Positions 28,346 to 42,315 of a DNA stretch of 64,000 nucleotides are shown here, one piece after another. A model generated the notes under the pieces. The model was not told the origin of the DNA. It worked only from the letters and a program-made list of their open reading frames with translations, and did not search any database. Each line of letters opens with the position of its first letter. Position 1 is the first letter of the stretch. The translations under genes were made by a program, and so were the position numbers. The DNA lies in NCBI GenBank assembly GCA_025786725.1, contig JAHLTZ010000059.1:12975-76974 (forward strand), read 5' to 3'. Source of the DNA: Syncephalis fuscata S228. Its lineage: Eukaryota; Fungi; Zoopagomycota.

Positions 28346-29926
28346 TTAGGCAAGGATTTTTAGCTAAAAAATATTATTACGCAAGATAAAAGATCTATAG
28401 TGTATATGAGCAAGATGGTAACAAGCAATTTTGAAATAATGGTTTAAAAACAAGTCCTGAAAACATTTATTTTCTCCTTTAACATACTGCAGAAAACTAC
28501 AACTATGACTGGCGTTTATAGTATAAGGTTCAGCCCAAAGTTATGTAATCTTTCTTATGAAGGATACCATCAACCGTGGATCCTTACAGTCACTATAGAC
28601 GATCAATTGCAACGATCTAAGCCGGTGATCAAATAAATCCAGTTTGCAACTAATGTGCCATTATATCAGCCGTATTCTAGCAAATTATGCTATGTTTAGC
28701 TTTAATATGTAATTTTATAGTCATAATAAAGTAACAATAATATAAAAAAGAACAAATATTGAGCAATATTGTTTATTGCCAGTTGTGTTTGCTTATTAAG
28801 TGCATATTTTCATCTTATCATCTTAATTTGGCTTGAATAGGTTTATAGTACAATACAAATGAATTAAAATATATGCTTTAAGCGATAATGTAAAATAGTT
28901 TAAAGGGATAGCATAGTGTTATGCGTAAGTTTAACAATTGGTGTCATAACTATTAAACTTTACCATGCTGCTATTCCCCGGCCTATTCCAGATTATGATC
29001 ATATAGCATTGCGTATTCCAGCACCGTTAAGATTTATTTTGCCTATGGCAATTTGAAGCAGTTCTATAAAAAGTGCGTATTAGCTATTGTTTGTATAATC
29101 TGGGACGACACATGGTCAGTGTGCTACTATGATGCAAAGATCTGCATAGCGCATGAGATAGCAGGACTGCTTTTGTGTCTGAATCATTTCGGAAGTGCTT
29201 TTGGCAACAGCTTTCATCCATTGCCTTTGTACAACAAGTAGGTATACGGATAAAGAAAGTCAAGTAACGGCACTTCCAAAACAAAAAAGGCTGTATGACA
29301 CAAATTTAGAAAGTAGGGCGTTACTTGGTACTGGGCAATAGACTGGCTACTAGTATACTCTTTGCTCTGTGTGATGGCTTACAATTTAAGAAAATATGCC
29401 ATGATCCGCGCCAATGGTACAAGAGCACCGCTGCAACTTATAAAACAAACAGGATTTTAAGCCAGGATACATATATTATTCTGGTTATGTTGCACAAGAC
29501 TTAATGGCTCGCCGCTTGCGGAAATATTCTAGGCAGCATCATCAGCTGCACGCCATATCGTTTATTTCAAATTTCCGGCATGTTCAAGGAAATGCTAAAT
29601 TCATTTTGTTCCGTATCCGACGACTTACACAGTCCTTGAAACCATTTCTAATTTAATATCGCAATAGTCGTATCAGCTCAGAGAGCAGGCCTGTGCCTGT
29701 AAAGTACTCATTTTGAGTGACTGAATATATAATTGCCACCTTAATATGGTTGCACCTGGCACTAGTTTTATTTTACCCTTCAAATTTATCTGATATTAAT
29801 TTTCATTTCATGCAGACACTTTGTTTGCAACGTTCGTAATTGCGCATAAACTTACAGCTGTGCTGTAACTTGCGGCTTTTATTTTATTTTATTTTAGTTT
29901 ACCATTAACATTCATTATTACTGCTC

Positions 29927-31276
29927 ATGCACTTCAAAAAGCTGTCCCTTTTGATGGAAACTGCTTGTGGACAATCAATATTTATGACTGCAAGCAGCAA
30001 TCAGTGTTTATTTTTGTAGCTTCGCCAGCTGTGCCATTTATGGCATGGCTGCACTTATGGGAGTTTCCTTGCTAATTTATCGCTACCGACATGTTTGGTC
30101 GGTTGAAACGCGCGTTAACAGTGCTCGATTGATTCGACGCCCCGTTGACTGGATGATTGTTCATTTGGCCTGGTGCTCATTCGCACGTTCAGCGTACACT
30201 CTTTTGTTGGCAATTGACGTAATTCCAGGTGCAGCCATTCGCCAGTTGATTCTGGCATTTACCAATTGGGGCTACTTGTGGGCGCTGGCTGTTTTTCTGG
30301 CCGGTGTGGTAGAAGCATTATTTTTAGTTTTACAACAAACTTCTTTTGAAACTAACTTTCGTTGGTGTCGTGACACAAATCAGCCAAGTAGCCCAGGACG
30401 AGGAACGAGAAAGTTTTGTGGCATTTCACTACACTCGATAATGGAGCGAGGTATTCTGATGGTCATTGGACTCATAGTGTGCGTTGTGCCATGTACGGCC
30501 ACTGCTCTTTCGTATATGGCTGGTCAAGCACTAGATACAGAAAATTGGGATGAATACGCAAGACTAGAGCAGCTCAGTTGGCTAACTTGGACTGCAGGCC
30601 TAGGATGCTTAGCCTTTTTGGCTTCACTCTATCTGGGCTCTCTTTCATCTGTTCTACGCCAGTCGGCAAATCTATTACGCTTAAGCGCTGCAAGTTATGA
30701 CGCTGATACATCGCAGCAATTATTATGGCTCATCAAATTAATGATATGTTTTTATATTAGCAGCACGTTAGCATCTATTGCTCATTCACTATTATTTTCA
30801 ATAATGTTGGCTCATTTCTACCCAAGTATTGCTTATTTTGCCTTTTTTGAAGTAATTTGGTGGCCATGTCTTACTTTGATTATATTTATTGTTATTAGTC
30901 AAAATAGACAACGGACGCCTTCAAATACATTTGAAAGCAATCAGTCCAACACATTGCCAGCTTTATGGCACTCTGGCTTCTCCAGAGGACTTGCCCAAAC
31001 TTCAACACAAAGCCCAGGAATGCTTGCGCTCAATAGAAGCATTTTTCAATCCCAAATTCTTTGCATTCTGAGGATAACTTTTCTGTTCATACCTGGTCGC
31101 CTTTAATAGATAATGACACAGAGATAACACCAATACTTCCTATACGAACCTGCTCATTACCTCGTGAGTTGCCCCCATCACCCTCTGTCTCTGTTACAGT
31201 AGTTATAGAAAAGTCATTTATGGATGCGGCTGTAAACGCAGTGCCAAAGCACAAGTCGGTGCCAAACTTTTTCTAA
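29927..31276 (+). CDS. Seven-TM GPCR-like protein, C-x8-C family, paralogue R2
   Basis: Upstream of ORF 30045 the DNA encodes MHFK(K)AVPFDGNCLWTINIYDC after two homopolymer corrections. Then GVSLLIYRY, RPVDW, ARSA, RQLI, FLAGVVEA, ALDTENW, VIWWP; tail continues into ORF 31061..31276. Confidence 0.8.
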
Positions 31277-31680
31277 TACGAATAAGCCGGTGTACCTCCT
31301 ACGCTGTATAATTGTGACGAATTCAGGCTTGTCAAAGTGGGTGCATTTATTTATTATATAAGCCAGTAAATCATTGCTTTATTTCTTGAACATGTCAGCG
31401 TGCAATATTTTTATGTGGGTTGGCCTAAAAGTGTCATGCGACGGTAATTTTTAAATAGTAATCCATTTAAAATATTTTTTGTCAATGCTGTCATTATTTT
31501 ATTAATGACATTGTTCTATGAATATGCTTGCCTTTAAACAATTGATAATAATCTTTTACTCCTTAATTATTCTCGCTGTTTATTTGTTTTACAATACTGA
31601 ACTTTGATATAAAATAAAACTTGAGTATAATTTATCGGCTAAATTCATACATTTATTTAAACAATTAAATTATTTAATTA

Positions 31681-31830
31681 TATTGTGATTTAGTAACCAA
31701 ATGACTAAACTTAATAGATGATGCGTATTTGATGACTGATGTCACTCATCACCCATCAGCATCATGTTAATAAATTAAATGTTATTAGATGTTAGTCATT
31801 TGCCCAAAGCACACTATGGTTATTAATAAA
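31681..31830 (-). mobile_element. Short MITE-like repeat (family A, mini form), inverted partner of 24043..24188
   Basis: Reverse complement TTTATTAATAACCATAGTGTGCTTTGGGCAAATGACTA...GGTTACTAAATCACAATA aligns with 24043..24188. Confidence 0.65.
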
Positions 31831-31902
31831 TTGTTTAATATTTGCAATATCGTAGTATTTATCTATTTATTTCGTTGCACTTGATGCCGTACTTTTGTCT
31901 TC

Positions 31903-33907
31903 AATCCGCCACGAGTTGTAGAACACGAATGCGGTTGTTAGAAGACATTTTCTGCTTGGAATTATCAACCAGATCCTGTTCTTGCACGCCAATAACTATG
32001 TGTATATCCTATTAGCTAATCGTATTAATACATTGTCATTTACCTTCTGCTAATTCTTGGACAACATCATTGGGCAGCCATGCAAATCCATTGTTTGCAG
32101 CAATACTTGGCCACCTTACTGTCAAGTATTCTATACAATTCTAATAAAGTTGCATAATATTGCCATGTTAGGATCGGATATTTCAATCTCATTATACTGG
32201 CCATTTTCCTGTTTAATTGGTTGATCGTTGGTTATAGATTGATTTAGATTTGTTGGTACTGTTGTTGCGAATAGTATTTCTGTAGTTAATTGAGATGAAA
32301 AGAAGATGATATTATTCAGCATTTTGAAAGCGACGTTCTGTCTCTTTACAATAAGCTTTTTGATTTCCATGTAAATCACTAGTTTATCTCGCTCTCGACC
32401 AGAAAGAGAAAGCATTGCATCTAACCATTCTTTAATTATCTCTGCATTCCAACCAACTAGCAGCTTTGGCAAATCTTTATCAGTCGTTAAACAGCCAGAA
32501 AATTCTTTTGCAGCACATTCGATTGCCCGACTATATATTTCATCATTCATCAAATGGACCTGTGACATCCATTGGGAGGAGTTTGAAGCACCAGCTATCG
32601 CTTTCCGTTCTGAAAGCTGCCATTTCAACTCGTGACATCGCATCAATGTATCAGCTATTGAATTAGGCGTACATTTTCCAATACTAGCTGTAAAATCTCA
32701 TCACGTTTTTCCTTAGATAAACGATTAACAAAGTTTGCCGAAAGCCAGGCCCGGTTGTAGCCATGAGTAAGAACATAATTGCAGCCTTTTGTTAATGCAG
32801 TCAAGTTGTAGCGTTCCGAAAATGATAAAAGACCGGGTATCTGTGGTACACACGTATCACATATACAGCGCAGACCATGAAGGCGATGGACTATTCGGTG
32901 CAAGCAATAGGAATGTAGAGATGGGAAGTCAAGGAAATCGGCTGCACGCCAAATAGCCGTCCAATCTGCTAATGTTAGTGTGGCTTCTTTTTCAGCTGAA
33001 GCAACGCTAGAGCCTGTATAAAGAAAATGTATCATATATGGCAGTGCGCGCGCAGGAACGCAACTATCTGGCAGGTGAAATTGCCCTAAAGATGATTCAA
33101 TATAACGATCATCAACAGATAGCATAGCTCGGAAATATCCAGATCGTGCTGCTAGAGAAATCGGTGTACGCGCTCTTCTGTCTTTTGCTCCTTCAATATT
33201 TTATCTGTATCTTCAATGTCTATAACCAGTTTTGCATCTCCGTGAGCACGGCTTGCTAAAAGACAGTCTAGCGAGGTAATAGCAGCGTAATAGCTACGCA
33301 GTTCAATGGCTGAACTAGATGTCGAATTCCATACAAGCTTTGTATCTGATGCCGTATCGTCTCCACTTGTAGTACTAGTGCTATTATCATAAGCTGTATT
33401 TGTTGTACAATTGCAACGACCGTAGCAATGCAGTATAGCTTGGTGTGTTTGCAAGCCATCAATAGTAGTATCGGCAAACATCGGCGCATCACAGTTAGTA
33501 TCACCGCCAAGAATACAAATAGCTCCGCTAATTCTTTGCCCAGACATGACTCTGGTCGAACAAGTAAATGGCGCAATTCCTTAGAGGCATGTGGTAATAG
33601 AAAACGTTTAGAAGGCTTAGTGTTCTTGTGTGCCATAGTAAGTCCAAGTAATTATGGAATTCAAAAACTACAGCGTGTGATAAAGACAACGATTATTCAT
33701 GCTGGAACATTTCAAAGGTCTTGTGATTAGTAATGTACACGACGCTAAATAAAACGTGTGATCCATCCATACAAACTCTTTAGCATGAATGAATACGCTG
33801 CTGCTACGATGTTTAAAATAATGATATATTCCGCCATATACTGTAACTATATCACTTGGTAAACGAGTAATACAAATACACAAGTAATTCCATATTATTA
33901 GCTTCAT
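31903..33907 (-). CDS. BTB/POZ-domain protein (ends approximate)
   Basis: RVHRFL(L)AARSGYFRAML...ALPYMIHFLYTG...AIWRAADFLDFPSLHSYC is a typical BTB signature. Split by several single-base frameshifts. Confidence 0.72.
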
Positions 33908-35245
33908 TTATATTTATTCCCATCAGGAACCTACTTTAATAGCCAAAAGCTTATTTTGATCAAACACAAAACAATAGAATATATTAAGCAAGCTTTTTAT
34001 TTAAATCAACAATTTTTGTCTTGATAGTTTAATATATCCTGTGTTTTATCCACTATTTCAAATTGTTTATTTGATTTTAAGTAGCAAATATGTAATACCG
34101 CAGATCCTTTACAATTATTAATAGAAGCATAAAGAGTAGTATAGCTTGGTTTATACAATTGCTAGAATAATAATGTTCAGTCAATTAGCTTAGTAATAGT
34201 GCCACGCTTGTAAAAACAGAATTACCATAACGTGAAATGACGTGTTATCTACACATGTATATAATGGTATAACAGCAATAGAAATAAATAAGCCAATTAG
34301 TCAAATGGTTTATTTCTATTATTGTTAATAATGGATAGTATGATGTAGTCGTATTAACGTGACTAGTATTGATCAAAATAGTCATAGAGATGGGATGGAT
34401 GAATAAGGATGTGTAAATAGCACTGCAACTGCAACTGCAACATGCTATGTAACTATGATTTAATAATTAATGTTACTTAGCATCTTAATTCATTCATACT
34501 AGGATAAATTCTTAGTAACAAATAGCGCAATACTATGAAACTATGTGTTTTGAATAACTCGCGCAAGTACTTTTGTGCTTAAATTAGAGTCGGCATGCTG
34601 TCTTTATTTGGTAACTGACAACAGACCTCAATAGGCTGCCGAAACCTTTGCGTGGTTTAAAACGAAGCTCTAAAGCGCGGACAATATCTTGTATGGTTGG
34701 GCAAACGCGCCGTTGCACTGGCCAGAGCGGCAGTACGTTTCTGGGATCTTTGTGTTGCACTTTGTCTATTTTTGCTTTTGGAGCAGCGCTTGCAGCGTGG
34801 GTTTACTGGTCATTGCCATGTTGGTCGACGCTCCCTTGAATTTGTGTTACGGCGCATTGGCTTTTCGGGCATATTGGACCACGTACATGGTGTTAGTATG
34901 GATTGTCAACCTTGATCATACCATCTCAACAAGTACCCGAGCAACCTATTTTAATTTGTAGATTAGTGGTTTATTTGTAAATAGCTACACTGTTGCTGCA
35001 ACGCCAACATTCTACCATTTGTCTATTCTTTTCTTGATGCTATTGAGCTAGCCTAATTTCATTGTTTCTTATTGTCCATAGCAGTTATCCTTACGCGACG
35101 CTAACAGCAAGCGTTGTTTCTACTTAATCTATTTATCTGCAAGCTGGATACTTGTTACAGGTTTTATTTTAAAATTAACGTCGCACCCAAAAGACAAATT
35201 AACAACAACAACAGCAACAATAGCGTTGGCTCTAATTAACGCAAA

Positions 35246-37465
35246 ATGACACCAGAGTCGACTGCGCCAGAATGGACTCACCATTGTTATTGGCTCACTG
35301 AAGTGCGCAATTGTCGATACGATAATGTCCACGAGAATATTGTCATTTTCAGTTTATGTGCGCATGCCATTCCAATGTTGGTTGGAACACATGCACTATG
35401 GCTTCGTTATCGACACTTATGGCGCGGCCTATACTGTCGTATTCGCGGCCATATTGTGCCATCCACCGTTGAATGTTTGCTTGTCCTTTGGACTGTTGAA
35501 AGCTATGCTCGCGTTGCCTTCTTGCTAGTTACTCTTTTGGGCGCTTGGCCTAGTCCAGTATGGCAAGAAGTGGCGTTTAGTGTTGCTATTTTTCCGTTTA
35601 TATTTGGTATTATTCTCTTTTTGTGCGGTTTAATCGCCGCCATTCCGCCGTCACTTACCTATACGCACCATGTTAACGCCGACGGCACCGACAGCTTTCA
35701 CTGGAGTTTTTCGCATTGGTCGAAAATGCCACAGCGACTTTCCGGCGCTGGTGTCTACGTACCATCCATCCGTGCTTTGCAAATCACTACTATTATCATC
35801 ATGCTTAGTATAGTAGGGGCCATTATCCCACTTTCCGTGATGAATGGACTTGCATGGTCGCAAGGCAATTGGGACGCGCTTCTTTACTGGCGAAAAATCG
35901 AATTTCTCGTTTGGGGTGCCCATGTGTTTATAATCTTCGCTATTACCATCTACTACAGCCGCGGTCTATCGGCCATCATGAGAGGCAGTCTTCAAACGCC
36001 CGAATCAGAACATGATAACACCGAACACGGCTTTACTTCAACCGACCTCTCGATTGAGCACGGTCAACGCCGAACCAACCGTACCATGAATCAACGACAG
36101 TCCTATCCAATTCAAGAAAGCTTTGTCGAACCGGAGGCCCGCCCAAGATGGCCACTGGCTTTTGTGAAAAATCCTTTGAACCGTCGCCAAGATAGTAGTA
36201 ATCAGGCCGCAGTCAATGCTGCTACCCGTGTTGAACACATTTTTACGGTGCTTCATATTGTAACGGTCTTATTTCAATATTCGCTATTATTTGGGCTTTT
36301 ATTAATCATAAAATTATTTCCGATTCTGCGGCAAATATTGCTTTAAACATTGGTATGAATGGCATCGTTCTACCATTTACCTTAGGATTTACTTTGTGGA
36401 AGCTGCAACAGTCAACACTGGCCACATTGCATACACATCTTTCTGCAGTCTATGAAAATACCAAAAATGCACTCTATCGCGTAAAAAATGCTGTACGCTA
36501 TCCTCAACACATCATTAGTGATATTGATGGTAAAGATGACTATGACATTGACGAATCCGTCAACGGTTTTAGAAAGCAGCCATTTGAGATGGCCGAAATC
36601 GACGAGGACCGCTACAACTTTTTCAGGCAAAACGAAGAGTATGTATGGCCAACAACGGCAGCTGAAGAGCAACTTAACCGAACCAACCGACCGGTAAGTA
36701 AAATATAACTAATTTGTGCTGCTATTACCATTTATTAATATTCATTATTTTATTTAGCCAAGTGTGCCGTCAAAAACAAAACTATTCAAGAGTGCATCAA
36801 ACGAAGATATTACAGAATTTAGTAGTAGTTGGCGACTACAAGCGGCATTTCACCCCAACGTCCGTCATCATCCTGTGTCTATTATCAACGGACCTGCCGT
36901 GCCACGAGCCATCCACAATGACACTGATTTGCAACCAGCATGGTGTGATCGTAGCGATATTAGCATTAAAGAGCCATGGATCCATGTCGAGAACTCTTGC
37001 GCAAATAATATGGATTTTTCATCTGATGCTATGCCACAAAACAAGCATCTTGATATGGAAGAGCTTGATGCGTTTGGCCCTCATCACAACTTTTACACAA
37101 GTCCGCCACGTCCACAATCACCTGATCCATATGATCGGGGATTCGCCAGTGATGCAGAACCTGTTAATTATTATTTACGCAACAGCAATAACAATAACAA
37201 TATTAATACTGTTACTGCTGCTACCAATAATAATAATAATAACATTGATAATATTAGTATTGATATTAATGATAGCAGTCATCATCACTACGACGACGAA
37301 GATGATAACGAAAATCATATAAGCAGTTGGTGGACAAGTGCCACTCGGCCATCACCTATCATAATGATATGGATAACTCGTCTGATGACCAAGAGTCAAC
37401 TCTGTACAGTAATCCCTTTCCAGAAGTATAGTCGCCACTGGCACCATAAGCCATTAATTCAATAA
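35246..37465 (+). CDS. Seven-TM GPCR-like protein, C-x8-C family, paralogue R3
   Basis: CYWLTEVRNC, GTHALWLRY, STVEC, ARVA, QEVAF, FLCGLIAAIPP, AWSQGNW. Restoring one T near 36272 gives TM6-7 (FSIFAIIWAF...NIGMNGIVLPF). One intron (~36694-36758) in the long Asn/Asp-rich tail. Confidence 0.8.
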
Positions 37466-38866
37466 TTTAATAACTATAGTTTAAAAATAGCCGTATTTAA
37501 TTCAAATCATGCCCATTTATCAGCATTATTACTAATAGTACTATTATTATCGTCATCATTGCCATTATTGTTAGTCATTTTGCTTTTTTTCTATAAATCT
37601 TGTTGCATCTATTACTATTTACTGCTGTTGTCCGATAATAAATCTAGTTTGTTTGTGTAAAGTAGCCATTTGCTACAACATCAAATCAATAGATTGCTGA
37701 TAGATACACGTCATTTGCAACACGTGCTAAATTACCCAATTAGCTGGTTCTTGCTAAATACACAACTACCGTATTCCGAGTTCAAACGGCTCTTTCTTAG
37801 TGTGTAACCATCGCTACAAGGAACAGCATAGGCGACATCCTAGTAAGTTTACTGTTATGATTGCGCAACTGCACATCGGCACATGATATCACTCGTCAAG
37901 TATCAGCTGATATGCACCCTGACTTTAATAGAACTAACATAGTAAAACTTGCAGTTATAGCAGCATTTGTTATTTTGATATCATACGGAAATGGCGAGTA
38001 TTTATTCGACTGTCCCAATATAGTATCGGCGATGACTTTTGTTACTAAATAGAACTAAATATAAAACATTCCACATGTGAAGACTTGAAATAAAAGATCT
38101 TTGCTCTTTATTATTTAGTATAAACTATTCATTTAGCTATCTATGTTCTGCTTATACGCAAAATAGCACTACTGGAATAAATAAACGCAATGGTTACATT
38201 TATTTCTATTTACTAACGACTCATCCTACCATTATGGCAGGTTATCAAATTGTGTCGATGTAACGATAGCCGCTGCCTTAATAGCATTAACAATACACAT
38301 TCGGTGAATCAATTTAAGTTGTACACAGACACAGACGCCCCGTCCGCACTACCATCATGGTTACAATGATTATCGTTACAGTAGATTGACAGCAACAACA
38401 ACAGCTACTACGATATAAGGACCATTTTCTTTATTATTATTAGTATGTCGCCTTTTTTGCCCTTTTTTCGCATTCCTTGATTTTGTTTTCTGTGCAGTGT
38501 TGTTGTTAACGATTTATTTGTTGGTTACTGTGCCGATACTTACGTTTCCTTTTTTTGTTCTAACTAACACATCACACCGTTACTGCATACCAGTTACTTT
38601 ACGATACCGTTCTAACGAATTGATGTTCACATTTTGTTGTGAAAAACCAACTTTTTTGTTCAAATTTAATTGATGTAATTACAGAGCTATTGTCTCTTTT
38701 GAACTTGAGTTTGTGCGTTTAATGGCCCCGCCATGATTAAACAACACCTACTATTTATTCTATTTATTCTATACTTACTGGCCATCAGTGATGTTGCACT
38801 ATCAACGGAACCATCTATATCCAGACAACTAATAGCAATAATTCCAATCATTATGATCACGATTCA

Positions 38867-40682
38867 ATGGGAATGAATGGCCCATCCTCTGATGAACAAC
38901 CGCTACCTAATTGTGACTGGCGTCTGTCGACAAGCAAATGCTATGCCAGTTGGATACATGAAGGTATTCTAGGCACGAGTTTAGGCTGTTACTTTTCCCT
39001 TATTCTCGCCGGCACTATACTATTACGACGTCGATGGAAGGTTGACTGGACACTGTCACAGCTCGATCGCTCCTATGGACATGCTAGGGCCGATGATGGC
39101 GGTATTCGGCGCTACTGTCCTCTTTTTCGTCGTCTCGTGCACTACACTTATTGTAATGCACAAAAAGCGCCCACCTCGCACCATAGTCGACTCGGTTCGC
39201 CGAACAACAACCATGACGATACAGTGCACTGCAACGTACACGGCACTGGTCGTTGGTCGCGCATGATAACCTCCCCCGTCGATTGTCTCTTGCTATGCTG
39301 GACATGCTATGGACTACTAAGGCTGATCGGGGTCACCATTACTCTACTCGGATTTATTAGCACAACGGAGATACAAGAAGTAGTATTTAATCTATCGCTA
39401 TGGCCAGCCTCTATTGGGGCCATCACTTTCATGGTGGGCCTAGTAGGTGGTGATCCACCTCGACGTCTTATCAACTGTTCAAGTAATAACGGCCAGCCAA
39501 AATACTGGATCCATAGACCACCTATTTGGTGTCTACAGTTTATTGCTCTATTCCATTTAATTGTCTATCCGGTTGTCACATTAACTTGTTCTATCTATTC
39601 GGGTATTAAGGCTGATTTATTTGATTTCTCGTCATCGCTGCAATGGGATAATATTTCTATATTATTCTGGTCTATTCAAACCTGGCCGTTTGCCATTATA
39701 GGCGCCGTTTATATGATTCATTGTTTACGAGTACAGCGTCGCTTTAATAGCCCGATTTATCACGAAGCAGCCCCATCTAATAGTAATGGCAATGGCCATG
39801 GCCATACAATGACTTGCCAGCCGCTTAATAATGAAGAGCTGCTTTATATTCGACAACTAAACCGTATCTACGGCACTGTAGCTGCAGTAGGCATTGCCGT
39901 TGGTCTATGGACACTTACCGCCTCGTTATTGCCTGTACGCCGTATTGGTCATACTGTCACCTCATCCATGTTAAGCAATATTGCCTTTAACTGTATTGCC
40001 CCCATTCTAGCTATTGTTATTATGATGACTGTCTAAACAAATCACGTGTCTACAAAGGCTTTTACAGCACTAATGGAAGTTATCGAATGTTATGGAGTTC
40101 CGATAAACGCTTATCTCCTCCAAAGATGATGACAGAACAACAACATCCATGGTCAACGAGCAATTCTATTTATTTACCAAAAGGTTCACTTCATCCAACT
40201 GACTATCTTCAGCAACAAGCCATTGTTCTGATATACTTGAAAGTGTTCATTCAATGGAGATGCGATCACCTTCACCTATGAAACCACCTCCTATAGCCTA
40301 TCAACGCAATGATCGACACCATCATTACCAGCAACAGTTATATCATACCAATTCAACTGCTACCACTACAGATCATGATTATAGTAGGACTAGTATAACC
40401 AGTGCTACTAGCTATACGCACTATGATGATCAAACGGGCAAACGCGTCTTTATTGAAGGGCGTGGTCCTCGAGTGAGTGCCGTGGGCACCCATAATAATG
40501 GATTCTTAACAGTGGGCACCTATAACGAAGAACGACTCGTTAATAATGCCAGTGAATATATGTCACCACGAGGTTCGTTCTCTAGTGGAGATGGACGTGG
40601 TTATATTATTGAAATGTATTCAGTGGAAGAATCAGCTTATATTGAACGTGAAATTACTGATAGTTGTGATAGCCGTGTTTAA
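38867..40682 (+). CDS. Seven-TM GPCR-like protein, C-x8-C family, paralogue R4
   Basis: CDWRLSTSKC, GTILLRRRW, SPVDC, LRLI, QEVVF, FMVGLVGGDPP, NIAFNCIAP. The tail appears to continue via indels into ORFs 40087 and 40254. Confidence 0.8.
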
Positions 40683-40792
40683 ATAAATATCATGTATTGT
40701 TAACAACATTAACACTGGTGTAAACATTAACACGTTAGATGATGCATTTGATAATAACATAATATTAATTAATTAAAGTAAATACGTTCAAT

Positions 40793-41593
40793 TTAATGTT
40801 TGCTCTTCTTTTTCTTCTTTTTAGGTGTTTCTACTTCTGAATGATGTGATTTATGTTTCTTTTTATCACGTGGACTCTGATCAGTCTCCATTTCTACTTT
40901 GTTATCTGTCATAGTCACTATATTAACTGAATGGCTATTATAATAGTTGTATTGTTTACCTGTTGTTGATTCAGTTTTACTAAAGATACAGCTTAGGGGA
41001 AATTGCATCTTCATTCCCTCAGGATGTAATCGCTTTTGAATAGTTTGTGCCTTAATCTCTTTAGCCAATGGTTTAGAGGAAGGAATGTTGACAGCATGCG
41101 TCAGTGTAATATGGCGAGTAAATGGCATAGGTGCTACAAAACTATAAATATTGACTTTTACTATCAATACTGTATGACTTACCTAGAACCAACTTGTCTT
41201 CTGAGGGTACTAGACAGTGCATACCACGCATTTCACGTCCACCGACAGCCGCTGATGCATCTGAACCCATACAGTGTACATTATACTGCTGATCGCTGAC
41301 TTCAACTATAGATTCAGTGGAATCACTCGGTAATTGGAGTGTGATACCGTCCAAGTCTGCTGCATTCACATTATCTGGTATTCTAATAAGCCATAGCTCT
41401 TTGTCGTCAGTGCTTGCTTCGAGTGTATCGGCATCAAACGTAGATTCGTGTTCATCATCTATTGGAGCAGACACAAAGTGTTCCGGTGGTGTCCAAGTCG
41501 TTCTCTGTTGAATTCATAATAAATAGTTGTCAATAAGTATTGAAGCTAAATCAATAGATGTATGGTAGTCATTATAACTTACGTGATAGGCAT
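40793..41593 (-). CDS. RNA polymerase I subunit RPA34.5-like
   Basis: WTPPEHF, DDKELWLIRIPDNV, PFTRHITL, HPEGMKMQF and a Lys-rich tail (KKKKKKSKH), consistent with the A34.5 family. Confidence 0.72.
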
Positions 41594-42315
41594 TGTAGGC
41601 TGTTCAACTAGTGTGTGTGCGCGTAAAGAATACTGACACAAGAAAATGAATCAATTTTCTTTTTTTTCTAATATTCTTTGATTTAAACCTTTAATTCATT
41701 CATTATTTTATTAATTATTTAGATATTATGATTATAATTACTGTTCTTGCTCCTAATGATTACACAAACTAGTTTGCTATACCTGTTAAATAGTAAATAC
41801 ACTGCTGTTATTAATGTCTATAGTTATTACAATCTATAATATAGAATGAATAGTAATTACGAGTGGATATGAATAAATGCGGTTAAACATCTTGTTCAAA
41901 TGCCGTGGTTCCCAGGTTCTATCCACATTCATACTTGCCACACGAATGATGCGCGTGTCTCTCTGTCTCTATTTCTCTCTTTTTCACACTTTCTCATACT
42001 CACTGTCACTCTTACTACATATCACTTCTTTGTCACCACGTGTAGGCATAGACTCACTTGACTGTATGCTACATGCTTCATCCAAATACGCCACTTATTA
42101 CATATTCTTTTATAATCCTTCACTACTTACCACTACTATAGTTTGTATTCACAGACTATTGTCGCCTTTACTGTCGACTCAAGCTTAGGAATATTGATTA
42201 CGCATCTGTACATCGCTTGGGTTATAGCCATCTATAGTTAATCTCTCATTACAACGGCTTCTATTACTGCCGCTACTAACAAGCATATACTATAAGCCTC
42301 AAGACCGATCACGCA

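Noticed and set aside
26296-40682. Programmed frameshifting or phase variation in receptors R1-R4
   Set aside because: The same one-base deletions hit conserved housekeeping genes, and the runs are short. Sequencing error is more parsimonious.
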